Part shown: positions 38,878-50,000 of the stretch, piece by piece | Numbering within the stretch: the first letter of the stretch is position 1 | How the letters are laid out: each line of letters starts with the position of its first letter | Assembly: GCA_044225365.1 (NCBI GenBank) | Contig: JBGAIQ010000011.1 | Span: 32,001-96,000 of the forward strand | DNA: 64,000 nucleotides | From: Planctomycetota bacterium | GTDB taxonomy: Bacteria; Planctomycetota; B15-G4; JADJEK01 | Direction of reading: 5' to 3' | Made by a program: the position numbers and the translations under genes | The notes under the pieces: generated by a model | Database searches by the model: none | What the model saw: the letters and a program-made list of their open reading frames with translations, nothing else | Told to the model about the DNA's origin: nothing

Positions 38878-41720
38878 CCTCTCGTGATCGCCGCGTCGAG
38901 ATTGAGCAACAGGCTCGCCACGATCGTCCACGCCGCTTCCTCGCTCGCGTCCAGCGCGGGATCGCCCGCTTTCTCTCCGACCGTCAGGAGCTGTTTCGCC
39001 GCCTCCCCGTTCTTCCGATACTCGATGCGCTGCGCGTCGAGTACTTCACGAAGGATCGCGACGTCCGCCGCGTCGGCGGAGAGCGACGTCGTGAGCTGGT
39101 AGCCGAACGCGAGTCGCTCGTCGTCCGTCGCTCCTCCTTCCTTCAGAAGGCGCTGCGCGAGGAAACGCGAAGCTTCGACGTACTGCACGTCGTTCATGAG
39201 CGCGAGCGCCTGGAGCGGCGTATTGGTGTTCGAACGCTGGACGCAGCAACGTTCACGCGACGGCGCGTCGAATGCCGTGAGCGACGGCGGCGGCGCCGTC
39301 CGCTTCCAGAACGTGTAGAGACCGCGGCGATAGAGCGCCTCGCCCTTGTCCTGCGTGTAGTGCGACGTGTTGCTCGTCGGATACGCGACGGCCTGCCAGA
39401 TACCATCGGGCTGATAGGGCTTGACGCTCGGGCCACCGACGCGTTCGACGAGCAATCCCGAAACGAAGAGCGCGGTGTCGCGGATCTCCTCGGCATCGAG
39501 TCGGAAGCGCGCGCCGCGCCCGAACAGGCGATTCTTGGGATCGCGCTCGATCTGGTCCTTCGTTGCGTGCGAGGACTCGCGATAGGTCGACGAGTTCACG
39601 ATGAGCCGGATCATGTGGCGTAGATCCCATCCGCTCTCGACGAATTCGACCGCGAGCCAATCGAGCAACTCGGGATGCGAGGGCGGCGCGCTACGCAGGC
39701 CGAAATCCTCGACCGTTTCGACGAGGCCGATGCCGAAGAACCGCTGCCACAGTCGATTCATCGTGACGCGCGCGAGTAGCGGATTCCTGGGATCGACGAC
39801 CCACGCGGCGAGAGTGAGACGATTCGGTTGCGCGCCGGCTTTGTCCGCGAGCGCCGGCAGCGGCGGGAGAATCGCAGGCGTGCGCGGTTCGACGGGATCG
39901 CCCTTCCGGTCGTACTGCCCTCGGTTCAGGAAGTACGCCTGGCGGCGCATCGACGACTCGGCGGCCACGAGAGTGTCGGGAATCGCGGCCTCGACCGCCG
40001 CGCGCTCGGCTTCGAGCTTCTTCCGTCGCGCGTCGAGTTCGGCGTACCGTGCGTCGGTCGCGGCACGGAAGTATCGGCGAATCGCGGTGCGATCCTGCGC
40101 ATCGCGTGCGTCCTCGGATTTCGCGAAGAGCGCTGCGACTTCGTCGGGAACGGCCTCGCTCGACGTCGAGATCCGGAACAGTCCCATCGCGTGGCGGGCG
40201 AACACCGAGTGGAACACGAGGGTCGCTCGTACCCGCGTGCCGCCTTCGTAACCGAACGGGGCTTTGGCCGCGAAGCGCGCGACGCGAGCCTCGGGCTTGT
40301 ACTCGATCGCCCAACCCGTGTTCGTCGGATCGCCGTCGATCGCATTCTCGACCGGAAACCCCGGCTGTGAGAAATCCGCCTTCGCCGAAGCAAGGGCGAT
40401 GGGCGCGAAGGGGGTCGAGCCATCGAGCGGCGCCGCCTCCACCTTCAGATCGGTCAGTACGAAGTTCGAGTTGTCGGCCCTGCCGATTCCGTTCTGAGCG
40501 CAGCTCTCGTGCTTCAGGCACTCGACGCGCAGCGCATGGATCGCCCTCTCCTTCGTCTCGAACTCGACGATGTATGAGTCCTTGTCCGGGTTCTTGCCCG
40601 AAGGAAGGATCGAGCCGTCCGGCTGCGCGGTGAGCGTCGAGCCTCCTTCCGTCTCGAGGCGGGTCGGTGTCGCGACCTTCCACTGCGCCTTCAGGCGGTC
40701 TCCCCAATCCTTCTCGAAAGCCGTTTGCGCGGCCTCGAGCAGAGGATCGTCCTTGTCCTCCTCCGCCCGCACGCTCGTCAGCTTCCCATCGAGATCGGCG
40801 AGAGCGGCCTCTTGTTCCCGCGTTGGAGCCTTGATGTAGGGCGGCGGGTTGTGGATGTTCTCGTCCGTGCCCTTCTCGGCGAGGTTGTTGAAGAACGCGT
40901 AGAGCTGATAGAACTCTTTCTGCGTGAACGGGTCGTACTTGTGATCGTGGCACTGCGCGCAACCGAGCGTGCTCCCGAGCCAGATCGTCGAGAACGTCTC
41001 CGTGCGATCGATCGCGTACTTGACGAGGTATTCCTCCTCGATCAAGCCGCCCTCGGCGGTCGTCGGATTGCAGCGCAAGAATCCCGTCGCGATGCGTTGA
41101 TCGAGCGTGGGCTTCGGCAACAGATCGCCCGCGAGCTGCTCGGTCGTGAAGCGGTCGAAGGGCATGTTCTGCGCGAACGCGTCGATGACCCAATCGCGAT
41201 AACGCCAGATGCTGCGCTCGTTGTCGAGGTGATACCCGTGCGTGTCGCCGAAGCGCGCGACGTCGAGCCAGTCCTTCGCCATGCGCTCGGCGTGACGTGG
41301 CGACTTCAGGAGCCGCTCCACGACGTTCGAGTAGGCGTCCTTCGAGTCGTCGTTCCGATACGCGTCGATCTCCGCGGGCGTCGGCGGCAGTCCCGTGAGG
41401 TCGAACGTGACCTTTCGCAGCTCTTCTTCCTTCGTCGCCGGAGGATTCGGCGCGATGCCTTCCGACTCCAGCTTGCGCAACACGAACGCATCGATGGGCG
41501 TCGCCACGAACGACGGAACCGCGACCGCCGGCACTTCCGGCCGGCGCGGGGCGACGTAGGCCCAGTGCGTGCGCTTTGCGAGGTCTTTCGCTTCTTGGTC
41601 GCGTTCGAGTCGAGCGCTGTCGATCGCCGACTCCGCTCGCGGCGGGTCCGCGGCGAACCCGCGCGTCGCGACGGTCAGCAGCGACAGCGTTGCGACGGCG
41701 CGCAGGGCGAAGCTTCGCAT
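38874..41720 (-). CDS. DUF1549/DUF1553 (PSD1) planctomycete cytochrome-type protein
   Basis: [55 protein letters not shown] and TNTPLQAL motifs. Confidence 0.9.
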   Translation of the reverse strand: MRSFALRAVATLSLLTVATRGFAADPPRAESAIDSARLERDQEAKDLAKRTHWAYVAPRRPEVPAVAVPSFVATPIDAFVLRKLESEGIAPNPPATKEEELRKVTFDLTGLPPTPAEIDAYRNDDSKDAYSNVVERLLKSPRHAERMAKDWLDVARFGDTHGYHLDNERSIWRYRDWVIDAFAQNMPFDRFTTEQLAGDLLPKPTLDQRIATGFLRCNPTTAEGGLIEEEYLVKYAIDRTETFSTIWLGSTLGCAQCHDHKYDPFTQKEFYQLYAFFNNLAEKGTDENIHNPPPYIKAPTREQEAALADLDGKLTSVRAEEDKDDPLLEAAQTAFEKDWGDRLKAQWKVATPTRLETEGGSTLTAQPDGSILPSGKNPDKDSYIVEFETKERAIHALRVECLKHESCAQNGIGRADNSNFVLTDLKVEAAPLDGSTPFAPIALASAKADFSQPGFPVENAIDGDPTNTGWAIEYKPEARVARFAAKAPFGYEGGTRVRATLVFHSVFARHAMGLFRISTSSEAVPDEVAALFAKSEDARDAQDRTAIRRYFRAATDARYAELDARRKKLEAERAAVEAAIPDTLVAAESSMRRQAYFLNRGQYDRKGDPVEPRTPAILPPLPALADKAGAQPNRLTLAAWVVDPRNPLLARVTMNRLWQRFFGIGLVETVEDFGLRSAPPSHPELLDWLAVEFVESGWDLRHMIRLIVNSSTYRESSHATKDQIERDPKNRLFGRGARFRLDAEEIRDTALFVSGLLVERVGGPSVKPYQPDGIWQAVAYPTSNTSHYTQDKGEALYRRGLYTFWKRTAPPPSLTAFDAPSRERCCVQRSNTNTPLQALALMNDVQYVEASRFLAQRLLKEGGATDDERLAFGYQLTTSLSADAADVAILREVLDAQRIEYRKNGEAAKQLLTVGEKAGDPALDASEEAAWTIVASLLLNLDAAITRG

Positions 41721-41810
41721 CCGATCGACTCCGGGTGGGAGGAACGCAGACCCCAGAGTCTAACCGCGGAACGGTATGCCGGCGAGCGGGCGCGGGCTCG
41801 AACGCCTCGT

Positions 41811-43235
41811 TCAGGTCGCGATCTTGGGTGCGGCTTCTTGCCCATCGAAGCCGCGTTCGCCCAGAACGAGGTTCAGGATCGGCGAGGCCATGAACGTCGT
41901 CGCGAGGGCCATGAGCACCATCATCGCGAAGATCTTCGGAGTGATGACGCCGAGATCAAGTCCGAGATTGAGGGCGATCAGCTCCATGAGTCCGCGCGTG
42001 TTCATGAGGATTCCGACCGCCGAGGCGTCACGCCACGACATGCCCACGAGTCGGCCCGCGGCCGTGCTTCCTCCGAACTTCCCGATCACGGCGACGAGGA
42101 TGATCGAGAGGCAGATCGCCCAGTCCTGCGCACCTTGAATCAGTCCGATCTGGGTACGCATTCCCGTGAACGCGAAGAACGCGGGCAGGAGGAGGATGAC
42201 GACGACGTCCCCGAGCCCCTTCCTCAACTGCTCCGCGAGGTGCCCCTCGTGGGGCATCAATGCGCCGAGCAGGAAAGCGCCGAAGAGACCGTGGATCCCG
42301 ATCGCCTCGGTCGCGAAGGCGGAGAGGAGGAGCAATCCGAACGTCACCGCGAGCGCTGTGCGCCGTGGCGCTTCGCCGCGCGCGTCTTCACGAGCGACGA
42401 GGGCTCGCAGGAGCGGCCGCACGATCGCGAACATCGCGACGATGTAGATCGTCACGTAGACGACGGTGCGCATCGCGTCGCCCTCCTCCGCGGAGACGAA
42501 CCCCACGATGAGAGCGAGCAACGTCCACGCCGTCACGTCGTCGAACGCCGCGCAGCCGAGCGCCATCGTTCCGAGCGGGGTCTTCAGCGCGCCGCGATCG
42601 GCGAGAATGCGCGCGAGCACCGGAAACGCGGTGATCGACATCGAGACCCCGAGGAAAAGCGAGAACGCGGTGAACCCGACATCTTCCGTCGAGTATTGGG
42701 TGTAGAGCAGAAGGGCGAGCGAAGATCCGAGCAGGAACGGAACGACGATGCTCGCGTGCGAGATGACGAGCGTCGCGTGAGAGTTGCGGCGCAGCAGTTT
42801 CCCATCCACCTCGAGTCCGACGAGGAACATGAACAGGACGACCCCGACCTTCGCGAGGATTCCTAGGAACGGCGCCGCCGAGGCGGGAAGGAGGAACTCG
42901 TACGCGCCGGGTGCGATCGCACCGAGCACCGACGGCCCGAGCACCAAGCCCGCCGCGATCTCTCCGATCACCGCGGGTTGATGGAGGAAGCGCTGCAGCA
43001 ATCCGCCGAGCAACCGAGCGAAGAGGCAGATGACGGCGAGCGCGAGCAGGACATGCTCGAGCGGCTCGGACCGTCCCGAGACCGATCTTTGAAGAGGAGT
43101 ATCGCGCGGCGCGGGGAGCGGGAGGTTCGAGCCCGTGTGGCGGATGGCGAGATACGCCGCGATGGCGCCGACGACCATCAAACTGTATCCGAGAGTCGTA
43201 CGGCGTTGCCTTGCTGCATCTTGCTGCGCGAGCAT
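41811..43235 (-). CDS. Cation:proton antiporter (CPA2 family)
   Basis: QPAVIGEIAAGLVLGPS, SITAFPVLARIL, AAFDD and MNTRGLMEL motifs. Confidence 0.9.
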   Translation of the reverse strand: MLAQQDAARQRRTTLGYSLMVVGAIAAYLAIRHTGSNLPLPAPRDTPLQRSVSGRSEPLEHVLLALAVICLFARLLGGLLQRFLHQPAVIGEIAAGLVLGPSVLGAIAPGAYEFLLPASAAPFLGILAKVGVVLFMFLVGLEVDGKLLRRNSHATLVISHASIVVPFLLGSSLALLLYTQYSTEDVGFTAFSLFLGVSMSITAFPVLARILADRGALKTPLGTMALGCAAFDDVTAWTLLALIVGFVSAEEGDAMRTVVYVTIYIVAMFAIVRPLLRALVAREDARGEAPRRTALAVTFGLLLLSAFATEAIGIHGLFGAFLLGALMPHEGHLAEQLRKGLGDVVVILLLPAFFAFTGMRTQIGLIQGAQDWAICLSIILVAVIGKFGGSTAAGRLVGMSWRDASAVGILMNTRGLMELIALNLGLDLGVITPKIFAMMVLMALATTFMASPILNLVLGERGFDGQEAAPKIAT

Positions 43236-43464
43236 CGAGTGGCCTTCTCCGGGTCGTCACCTTCGACCGAGCGCGTCCCGATCGAATCGCGCCAAGGATA
43301 GCATCGAAGCGAGATTCGTCGACGAAGGGGGGAGCGTCCGAGCGCCTCGCTCGTATCAGCTTCTTGCGGTACGCGACCCGCTTCGATTTCGGAGGTGCGA
43401 TTTCGCACTCCTTGCGGATCCGAACCGCTCCCGCCCGCTGCGCCTCCCTTCGTCTGGACCGACC

Positions 43465-44061
43465 ATGAGATCCTCCTACTTCTTCGCCCTCGCGCTCGGT
43501 ATGAGCGCGATCTTTGCCGTTGCATCGCACTCGAATGCAGTGCAGCAGGCGGGCCCCTACATCTACCCCGAAGTGCGCGGCGCCGTCCGCTGCGTGAACT
43601 TCACGAACGCCGGAATCGGCGGGTCCTACTCGATCGACTATGGCACACCCGAGTGGAAGGCGGACTACGACCAGAAATTCGACGACCTCACGCTCGGCAA
43701 GCGAATCCGTTTCGGTCAGAACCGCTGGACCGAGCTCGATACCAATACGACGCTGATGATCAACGACAAGGAAGTGAAGCCTGGTCTCTACTACCTCGCG
43801 TTCGAACGCAACAAGAAGGGCGACTTCGCGATCGTACTGCTCGACTCGAACGACATTCGGAAATCGCGAGTCGACCCCGCGGTGACCGAGCAGACGAAGG
43901 GCGGCGTTGTCATTCCGTTCAAGTCGGAGAAGAACGAATCGAGCACGGCGAAGCTCACGCTCGAGCTGAAACAAGAAGGCAAGAGCGCCGTCGATCAATC
44001 GCTCACGATCCTCTGGGGACCCCACAAGCTCACGGGGTCCATCAAGCTGAAGGGCGGCTGA
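43465..44061 (+). CDS. DUF2911-like exported protein
   Basis: Signal peptide; SIDYGTP..K, RFGQNRWT and VKPGLY pattern. Confidence 0.65.
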   Translation: MRSSYFFALALGMSAIFAVASHSNAVQQAGPYIYPEVRGAVRCVNFTNAGIGGSYSIDYGTPEWKADYDQKFDDLTLGKRIRFGQNRWTELDTNTTLMINDKEVKPGLYYLAFERNKKGDFAIVLLDSNDIRKSRVDPAVTEQTKGGVVIPFKSEKNESSTAKLTLELKQEGKSAVDQSLTILWGPHKLTGSIKLKGG

Positions 44062-44067
44062 ACGGCC

Positions 44068-44103
44068 CGCGGGAGCGCCAGGCACGAAGCCCGCGCTCCC
44101 GCG
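44068..44103. terminator. GC-rich hairpin between convergent genes (possible bidirectional terminator)
   Basis: 11-bp stem CGCGGGAGCGC / GCGCTCCCGCG; no U-tract. Confidence 0.4.
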
Positions 44104-44113
44104 ATCACTCCCA

Positions 44114-44650
44114 TCAGCCGGTGGCGAGCGCGTCCTCGGTCGTGAGCGTCGCGCCCACGGCGTGGATGACGGAGGCGATTCGGATCGCCGCCTGGATCGC
44201 CTCCGGAGTCACTGCGGCCTTCGAGAGCATCTGCTCGTGCGAGTCGATGCACATCCCGCAGCCGTTGATCGCCGAAACCGCGAGACAGAACAGTTCGAAG
44301 TCCTTCTTCTCGATTCCGGGATTTCCGATCGCCTGCATTCGGAGCTGAGCCGGCATCTTCGCGTACGCCTTGTTCGAGGCGAGGTGCAGGAACCGGTAGT
44401 AGATGTTGTTCATTGCCATCAGCGCCGCCGCCGTGAATGCGGCGCGCCGAGTGGCGTCGTCGAGTCGATCGCGCGACGACGCCTCGACGGCACACAGGAG
44501 CGCTCCGTTCTTGGTCGCCGCAGCGCATGCGAGCATCACGCCGAACACGAGGCGAGGTTCGAGCGATTCGCTCTTCTCGATCGCGGAGAGGTTGAGGCGA
44601 AGGTCCTTCGCGTAGTCGGGGATCTTCGACTTGATGTCTTCGAGGGTCAT
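44114..44650 (-). CDS. ahpD: Alkyl hydroperoxide reductase AhpD
   Basis: IPDYAKDLRLNL, MAMNNIYYR and SAINGCGMCIDSH motifs. Confidence 0.93.
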   Translation of the reverse strand: MTLEDIKSKIPDYAKDLRLNLSAIEKSESLEPRLVFGVMLACAAATKNGALLCAVEASSRDRLDDATRRAAFTAAALMAMNNIYYRFLHLASNKAYAKMPAQLRMQAIGNPGIEKKDFELFCLAVSAINGCGMCIDSHEQMLSKAAVTPEAIQAAIRIASVIHAVGATLTTEDALATG

Positions 44651-44717
44651 GTGGATTCCTTTCTTGAAATGCGGTCGCTGCGCTGCGCGCCCATCTTCGA
44701 GCGGAACGCGAGATCCG

Positions 44718-45257
44718 TCAGGAGACCTTCAGCGTGTCCTCGCCCTTCTGCCAGTTGCAGGGGCAGAGCTCGTCGGTCTGCAGCGCGTCGAGGACGCGCA
44801 GGACTTCCTGCGGATTGCGGCCCACGTTCATGTCCGTGACGGCCACGAAGCGGATCCGATGGTGCGGATCGACGATGAACGTCGCGCGCTGAGCGACGCC
44901 CGCATCCTTGTCGAGGATGCCGAGGGCGCTCGACAATTCGCGCTTCACGTCCGCGAGCATCGGGAACGGCAGATCGTTCAGATCCTTGTGATTGCGCCGC
45001 CACGCGAGGTGTACGAACTCGCTGTCGATCGAGAGCCCGAGTACCTGCGCGTCGCGATCGGCGAACTCACGATTCAGGTCACCGAATGCCTTGATCTCGG
45101 TCGGGCAGACGAACGTGAAGTCCTTGGGCCAGGCGAACAGCACGAGCCACTTGCCCTTGTAGGTGTCCGTCGAGATGTCGACGAATGCCTTCTCGGTCTC
45201 GTTCGAGACGACGCCGGTCAGCGCGAAGGACGGGAAATGATCGCCTACGGTCAACAT
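44718..45257 (-). CDS. ahpC: Peroxiredoxin AhpC
   Basis: PKDFTFVCPTE, VGRN and DELCPCNW motifs. Confidence 0.95.
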   Translation of the reverse strand: MLTVGDHFPSFALTGVVSNETEKAFVDISTDTYKGKWLVLFAWPKDFTFVCPTEIKAFGDLNREFADRDAQVLGLSIDSEFVHLAWRRNHKDLNDLPFPMLADVKRELSSALGILDKDAGVAQRATFIVDPHHRIRFVAVTDMNVGRNPQEVLRVLDALQTDELCPCNWQKGEDTLKVS

Positions 45258-45355
45258 GGGAAACTCCTTGATTCGTTCTGGTCTGAAAGAGGGTTCGAAA
45301 GATCGATGTCCACGGGTCTCTCACCCGCGTGGAGAATCATCGCCCCTGGACTCGG

Positions 45356-45401
45356 ATAACGCGAATCGATAGAACTTGATTTATGGATAACTTTGTCTTA
45401 T
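45356..45401. promoter_or_regulatory. Putative OxyR/LysR operator
   Basis: AT-rich ATAA-N7-CGAT (45356-45370) and ATAA-N7-TTAT (45387-45401) between divergent ahpC and oxyR. Confidence 0.5.
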
Positions 45402-46312
45402 CGGACCGTCCGACCGTCCGGCAGCTCGAATACGCGACGACCGTCGCGCGGGTCCGCCACTTCTCGAAGGCGGCGGCGGCTTGCGGCGTTTCGCAACCCG
45501 CGCTGTCGGCCCAGCTCCTCGCGCTCGAACGCACGCTCGGCATCACGTTGTTCGAGCGCTCGCGCAGCGGCGTACTTCTCACCCAGGAGGGCTCGCAGCT
45601 CTTGCCGATCATGTCGAGGGTGCTCGATGACCTCGACCGCTTGGGCGCGCTCGCGCGCGCGACGCGCGATCCGCTCGCGGGCGACGTCCGCCTCGGCGTC
45701 ATCCCGACCGTCGCCCCGTACTTCCTGCCGCACGCGATGCCCGCCGTGCGGAAGACCTATCCCCGATTGCGACTTCTGCTCCTCGAAGAGAAGACCGAAA
45801 CGCTCATCGCGCGGCTACGGAGCGGAGATATCGAGGCAGCGATCCTCGCTCTGCCCACTCGCGAGGACGGTTTCGTCGAGCGCGAACTCTTCGTCGAACC
45901 GTTCGTCGTGGCGCTGCGTCGTGACGATCCGCTCGCGAAGAAGAAGGCCTTGAAGTCGTCCGACCTCGCGGAGTCGCACGTCCTGCTGCTCGCGGACGGG
46001 CATTGCCTGCGCGATCAGGCGCTCTCGGTCTGTGAACGCATCGGTACAGAGGTCGTGGAGGGTCTCAGCGCGACGAGTCTCCCGACCCTGGTGCAGATGG
46101 TGGCGAGTGGGATCGGGACCACACTCCTGCCCCAGCTCGCAGCCGATGTGCTGATTCGAGGAAACGAACTCGTTTCCCGCCCGTTCCACCACAAGGCGCC
46201 AGGGCGGACCGTGGGACTCGTGTGGCGCAAGAACGCGTCACGCAGCGTCACCCTGCGGCGCATCGCGGAGGTGCTCGCCGAATCCGGGGTACGGGCGCTC
46301 GCACGTTCGTGA
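45383..46312 (+). CDS. oxyR: Hydrogen peroxide-sensing LysR regulator OxyR
   Basis: HFSKAAAACGVSQPALS HTH; GVIPTVAPY; GHCLRDQALSVC redox cysteine pair; divergent from ahpCD. Confidence 0.92.
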   Translation: MDNFVLSDRPTVRQLEYATTVARVRHFSKAAAACGVSQPALSAQLLALERTLGITLFERSRSGVLLTQEGSQLLPIMSRVLDDLDRLGALARATRDPLAGDVRLGVIPTVAPYFLPHAMPAVRKTYPRLRLLLLEEKTETLIARLRSGDIEAAILALPTREDGFVERELFVEPFVVALRRDDPLAKKKALKSSDLAESHVLLLADGHCLRDQALSVCERIGTEVVEGLSATSLPTLVQMVASGIGTTLLPQLAADVLIRGNELVSRPFHHKAPGRTVGLVWRKNASRSVTLRRIAEVLAESGVRALARS

Positions 46313-46379
46313 GATCGCGTCCAGCGTCCTCGCCGTCGAGAGGTTATGCTGACCCCACGCACTCCCCCCTCTTCGACGC

Positions 46380-47015
46380 ATGCCTCCACCCACCCCATCG
46401 CGCGACCCCGAATCGACCGCCGCGAATCCGTCTGCGGAGGATCCGTCGCGAGCCTGGCTGCATCGGTGGCAGGATCATGGCGACCGCGAAGCGCTCGACT
46501 CCTTGCTGCAGGTCGAAGTCGCGGAACTGAAGAGGCGCTTGCGGTCGAAGGGGCGCACGTTGATGAGCGAAAGCTGCAGCGCGTCCGACGTGGCGAACGA
46601 CGCGATTCTGAAGTTCTTGCGCCGGGCCGAGCCTCCTCACTTCCAGGACGCGACGCAACTGCGCGTTTACTTGTGGAAGGCCGCGTGGCGCCTCATGATC
46701 GACCGGGTGCGGCGGCCCAAGCTTGGGCGCGTGCCGAACGACTCTTCTTCGAACCTGCGCATCTCGCAACTCGCCGCGAAACTCGGCACGCACAGCGCGG
46801 AACGGCGCGAAGCGAAGAATGCCGTCACCTTCGCGATGCAACTGTTGCCCGAAGTCGACCGTCAAGTACTCGAACTCACGTACTTCAGCGGATTCGACCT
46901 CGGACAGGTCGGTGATCGCATCGGGATCTCCCGCGAAGCCGTAGCGATGCGTCTCGTCCGCGCGCGTCGCAAGCTGTCGTCGAAACTCCGCGCCTGGCAG
47001 GATCTCATTGGGTGA
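46380..47015 (+). CDS. ECF-type RNA polymerase sigma factor
   Basis: GDREALDSL, SDVANDA (region 2); LPEVDRQVLEL..VGDRIGISREAVAMRLVRARRKL (region 4). Confidence 0.8.
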   Translation: MPPPTPSRDPESTAANPSAEDPSRAWLHRWQDHGDREALDSLLQVEVAELKRRLRSKGRTLMSESCSASDVANDAILKFLRRAEPPHFQDATQLRVYLWKAAWRLMIDRVRRPKLGRVPNDSSSNLRISQLAAKLGTHSAERREAKNAVTFAMQLLPEVDRQVLELTYFSGFDLGQVGDRIGISREAVAMRLVRARRKLSSKLRAWQDLIG

Positions 47016-47048
47016 ATCGAACCGCGAGGCGAACGAGAACCTTCGCAC

Positions 47049-49985
47049 ATGACCGACCCTTCGCTCGAAGCCCTCGTCGAGGAGTACCTGCAACGCCGCG
47101 AGCTCGGCACTGCGGAAGGTCTCGAAGAGTTTCTCGCGAAGTACCCGACGAAGCGGTCGGAACTCGCGCGCATCCTCGCGGAGGACGAAGAAGTGGCGGG
47201 CGCCCTCACCCGCGATCGGACCTATCCGAAGGCAGGCGAGTCGTTCGGGCGATACCGACTGCTCGATGAGATCGGTCGGGGCGGAATGGGCGTGCTCTTC
47301 GAAGCCGAGAACGAAGACGGCGAGCGCGTCGCCCTGAAGCTCCTCTCGCCGACGCTCGCTCTCTCCGATTCCGCGGCCGACCGGTTCCATCGCGAATGCA
47401 GTACGACGGCAAGGCTGCAGCATCCTGGCATCGTTCGTGTGATCGAGATCGGAAAGGAGAGAGGCGTCGACTTCCTCGCGATGGAGATTCTCCACGGTGG
47501 CGGGCTCGATCGCTTCGTGGCACAGAAGAAGGCGGCGACGAAGAACAGCGTCGCGAGCTGGGTCTCTCATTTTCGCGACGTCGTGGCGATCGTCGCGAGG
47601 GTCGCGGACGCCCTCGAGCACGCGCATCGCGCCGGGGTGATCCACCGCGACATCAAGCCCTCGAACATCCTGCTGCGCGAGGACGGCACGCCGGTGCTCA
47701 CCGATTTCGGTCTCGCTCGCGAGCATGGCCTCCCGTCGCTGACCTCGACCGGCGATTTCGCCGGGACGCCCTACTACGTCTCGCCGGAGCAGGCGCTCGG
47801 GGGACGCGCGCGAATCGACGAGCGATCCGACGTTTATTCGCTCGGCGTCACGCTCTACGAACTGCTGACGCTCGAGCCGCCCTTCCCCGGATCATCGGCG
47901 CCCGAAGTGTTCGCGAAGGTCGTCACGAAGGACGCGCCGGATCCGCGCATTCGCAATCCTGCGATCGATCGAAAGCTCGTGCAGATCACCTTGAAGGCGC
48001 TCGAACGCGATCCCGATCGGCGCTACGCGACCGCCGCGGACTTCGGCTCCGACCTGCGGGCCTGGATCGAGGGACGGGAGACGCTCGCAAAACCACCCAC
48101 GCTTCTCGACCGTTGGAACCGCTTTCGTCGGGCGCAGCCCGCAAAGTCGGCACTGCTGGCGGCGGGAGCGATTCTATTCGTCATGGCCTCGTTCGGAGCC
48201 GCTGTCTACGTCCCGCGCGTGCGCGAGGCGGAGCGAATGAGGAGCCACCAACAATTCCGTCGCGATCTCGACGATGCGTTCGTCACTCTCGTCGGCCTGC
48301 GGCCCGATCTTGCTCAACGGCGCTTCGAGGCGCTCGATCGCGTCGCGTCGGGAGATCCCGAGGTGCTCGTCGGACGCGTGCTCGCCATTGCGTTCGAAGG
48401 CAATCGCACGGCAGCCAAGGAACTCGCCGAAAGAGCGGCCGGCGCGCCTGGGGCGCCTCCCATTTGGCGGCACATCCTCCTCGCGCTCGATCGCGGGAAC
48501 AGCGCGGATGCGCTCATCCACGACGAACACGCCGACGACAGCGCCTTCCGGCATTTCGTCGATGGTGCGTTCCTCTTGGTTCAAGGTACGGAAGGGACGT
48601 CATCCCTGCTGAGGGAAGCGTGCGACGCCTTTGGCCGCGCGACCGTCCGCGCGACGACGCCCCGCCTCAGTTACGTATTCGGTCGGGCGCAAGCCGCCTA
48701 CTACGTTCGCAACGAGAGCGTCGCGGGCGAGTGTGCGGCGACGGCGCGCACGTTGTGGCCCGATTCCGTTGCGGCGGCATGGTGCCAGGTGTGGGATCTC
48801 AGTCTGCGCGATCCGAAAGCAGCGATCGCGCGCGCGAAACTTCTGCTGCGCGACTCCGGACTCGCCAACTCCGACATCGAACTCGACCTCCTCTATTCGA
48901 TCGCGCGCAGCGGTGATCGCGCGTTCGTCCGGACGATCGCGAGCGAATTCGATCCAGGCGGCGGCAAGGAGAGCAAGTACGCGTTCGTCATCGGGACGTG
49001 CCTGCTGCGCGCCGGTGACACGTTGCTCGGGATCGAATTCCTGAAACGCGCCGTGCTGCTCGAACCCACGAATATCGTCACTCAGCGAACTCTCGGGCAG
49101 GCGCTGCTCGGCGCGGGCGATCTCGACGGCGCCGTTCGCCATCTCCTCATCGCATTCCGCATGGATCCCTGTCACGCCCCGACTCTCGCACATCTCGGTT
49201 CCGCGCTCGCGCAGAACGGAGATCTCTCGACCGGGCGGGCAATGTGCGAACAGGCACTGCTGCTCGCGCCGCAGATCGCTGACGTCTTCTTTCCCCTGTG
49301 CACGGTGTTCGCGATCGAGGGCGACGAGCAGTCCTGCGCCGACTTCGCCAAACTGGCGATCGAGCGCTCGCCGAACATCGCGCGAGGTTATGCGCTGCGT
49401 GCCGCCGCATGCCTCGCTCTCGGCGACAAGGTGGAAGCGGATGCGATGATCCACTCGGCGCAACTGCTCGCCGAACCTTCGGCGCGGATCTTCCAACTCC
49501 AAGGCGAACTGCTCGCGTTGCGGGGTGAGCGCGAATCCGCGCTCGCGGCGTATCGAAAGGCCCTCGAACTCGAACCCGAGAACGGAACGATCGTGACCGC
49601 TTTCGCTCAGCTCGCGGCGAAGTACGGGCACGCCGCAGAGGGACAGCACGCCGCCGAAGAGTACGCGCGCATCGTCGATTCCGCCGGCGCGTGGAACGAT
49701 TGCGCGTGGACCTTCGTCGATCCCACATTGCCCGATTCGGCCCGCGATCCGGAGCTAGCACACGAATACGCGAGCGTTGCCGTTTCACTCGATCCGGATC
49801 TCGCACCCGCGGTCGATACTTTGGCGTGGGCCTTGTTCTTCCTCGGGCGTTACGACGAAGCGAAGGACCGCTCGGACCGCGCGCTCGCGCTCGCCCGGAA
49901 GCTGCCGCGCTGGGCAACGAGCCTCCCCGCGTTCGAGCAATCGCACTCCGACCTCGCGGCCTCGATCGACGCCGCGAGGCGTTGA
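47049..49985 (+). CDS. Hanks-type Ser/Thr protein kinase with TM helix and TPR repeats
   Basis: IGRGGMG, VALK, HRDIKPSN, DFGLA, GTPYYVSPEQ and DVYSLG motifs; TPR-like C-terminus. Confidence 0.93.
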   Translation: MTDPSLEALVEEYLQRRELGTAEGLEEFLAKYPTKRSELARILAEDEEVAGALTRDRTYPKAGESFGRYRLLDEIGRGGMGVLFEAENEDGERVALKLLSPTLALSDSAADRFHRECSTTARLQHPGIVRVIEIGKERGVDFLAMEILHGGGLDRFVAQKKAATKNSVASWVSHFRDVVAIVARVADALEHAHRAGVIHRDIKPSNILLREDGTPVLTDFGLAREHGLPSLTSTGDFAGTPYYVSPEQALGGRARIDERSDVYSLGVTLYELLTLEPPFPGSSAPEVFAKVVTKDAPDPRIRNPAIDRKLVQITLKALERDPDRRYATAADFGSDLRAWIEGRETLAKPPTLLDRWNRFRRAQPAKSALLAAGAILFVMASFGAAVYVPRVREAERMRSHQQFRRDLDDAFVTLVGLRPDLAQRRFEALDRVASGDPEVLVGRVLAIAFEGNRTAAKELAERAAGAPGAPPIWRHILLALDRGNSADALIHDEHADDSAFRHFVDGAFLLVQGTEGTSSLLREACDAFGRATVRATTPRLSYVFGRAQAAYYVRNESVAGECAATARTLWPDSVAAAWCQVWDLSLRDPKAAIARAKLLLRDSGLANSDIELDLLYSIARSGDRAFVRTIASEFDPGGGKESKYAFVIGTCLLRAGDTLLGIEFLKRAVLLEPTNIVTQRTLGQALLGAGDLDGAVRHLLIAFRMDPCHAPTLAHLGSALAQNGDLSTGRAMCEQALLLAPQIADVFFPLCTVFAIEGDEQSCADFAKLAIERSPNIARGYALRAAACLALGDKVEADAMIHSAQLLAEPSARIFQLQGELLALRGERESALAAYRKALELEPENGTIVTAFAQLAAKYGHAAEGQHAAEEYARIVDSAGAWNDCAWTFVDPTLPDSARDPELAHEYASVAVSLDPDLAPAVDTLAWALFFLGRYDEAKDRSDRALALARKLPRWATSLPAFEQSHSDLAASIDAARR

Positions 49986-50000
49986 GCGTGCGTCCCGCCC

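Noticed and set aside
44114-46312. ahpCD-oxyR as a novel system
   Set aside because: A well-known divergent peroxide-defence arrangement.
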